DNA of 18,302 nt from Candidatus Sumerlaeales bacterium (GTDB lineage: Bacteria; Sumerlaeota; Sumerlaeia; Sumerlaeales; Sumerlaeaceae). The stretch covers positions 1 to 18,302 of the forward strand of contig JBBSQY010000060.1 of assembly GCA_038243585.1 (NCBI GenBank), written 5' to 3'. Below are positions 18,000-18,302 of this stretch, in pieces. Position 1 is the stretch's first letter; each line of letters starts with the position of its first letter. A program made the position numbers and the translations under genes. The notes under the pieces are model-generated. The model made no database searches and was not told where the DNA came from. It saw only the letters and a list, made by a program, of their open reading frames with translations.

Positions 18000-18180
18000 T
18001 TAAACTCCGGTATAAATTTGAGATTCATCTAAGGTAGGCAAACAATGTGCCCGGTGCTGGAGCAACTCAGATAGATATAAAGTCTATAAAGTTCGCAAGC
18101 GAATGCTGGCAATTGCGGGGTGGATTTGCGGATGGCCGGTCCCTGAATCTTTGTCGTATGTGCCTGCTGGTTCCGGGCAC

Positions 18181-18221
18181 AAAAAAACCGGCGGGAAGAG
18201 TTTTGGTTTCTTCCCGCCGGT
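18181..18221 (-). terminator. Intrinsic terminator for the gene entering from the window end
   Basis: 13-bp stem ACCGGCGGGAAGA (18187-18199) / TCTTCCCGCCGGT (18209-18221) running into a T-tract on the minus strand (A7 at 18181-18187). Confidence 0.85.
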
Positions 18222-18248
18222 GGTGTCAGCTTTGACCTGTTTGCCGGG

Positions 18249-18302
18249 TTATGGCAGCGGGCCGTAGATGATCAGGTTGTTGGTCTCGTTGCCTTCGAAG
18301 AC
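18249..18302 (-). CDS. C-terminal fragment of a protein ending in the same CARDB-like/YGPLP tail as 13203..14867
   Basis: Manual translation VFEGNETNNLIIYGPLP-stop; 12/17 identical to VAEGNELNNIAAYGPLP-stop; followed by a clear terminator. Confidence 0.8.
   Translation of the reverse strand, partial: VFEGNETNNLIIYGPLP

Noticed and set aside
33..18235. Numerous short or antisense ORFs in the track (e.g. 33..395, 409..783, 2720..3400, 7427..7909, 12658..13209, 16117..16593, 16661..16930, 18047..18235)
   Set aside because: They mostly shadow well-supported genes and show no recognisable motifs.

Overview
Chromosomal, mostly housekeeping window from a bacterium; the lineage cannot be fixed from sequence alone. 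No CRISPR array, transposase, tRNA or rRNA was seen. Left to right it holds: the 5' end of secA (missed by the ORF track), plsX, rpmF, a transaldolase/phosphoglucose-isomerase fusion, a GT2 glycosyltransferase and a small TPR-like protein. Next is a minus-strand sulfur cluster (Cys-free CymR-like Rrf2 regulator, cysK, ssuBAC-like ABC importer), then a hypothetical protein, a stand-alone gatB, a secreted beta-helix protein with a Lys-rich CARDB-like C-terminal domain, rny, a PQQ-dependent sugar dehydrogenase and the last 17 codons of another gene. Three observations stand out. (1) Both neighbours of cysK end in CysK-docking-like C-terminal Ile motifs: the regulator in ..ALMWYI and, unexpectedly, the ABC ATPase in ..SDYAGGI, which resembles the CysE tail EYGDGI. 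This suggests CysK may control both transcription and transport. (2) cysK is bracketed by a 15-bp inverted repeat that could form a long-range mRNA duplex. (3) Two genes in the window share the C-terminus V.EGNE.NN...YGPLP-stop, a candidate lineage-specific anchoring or sorting domain. The functional interpretations of all three are inference.
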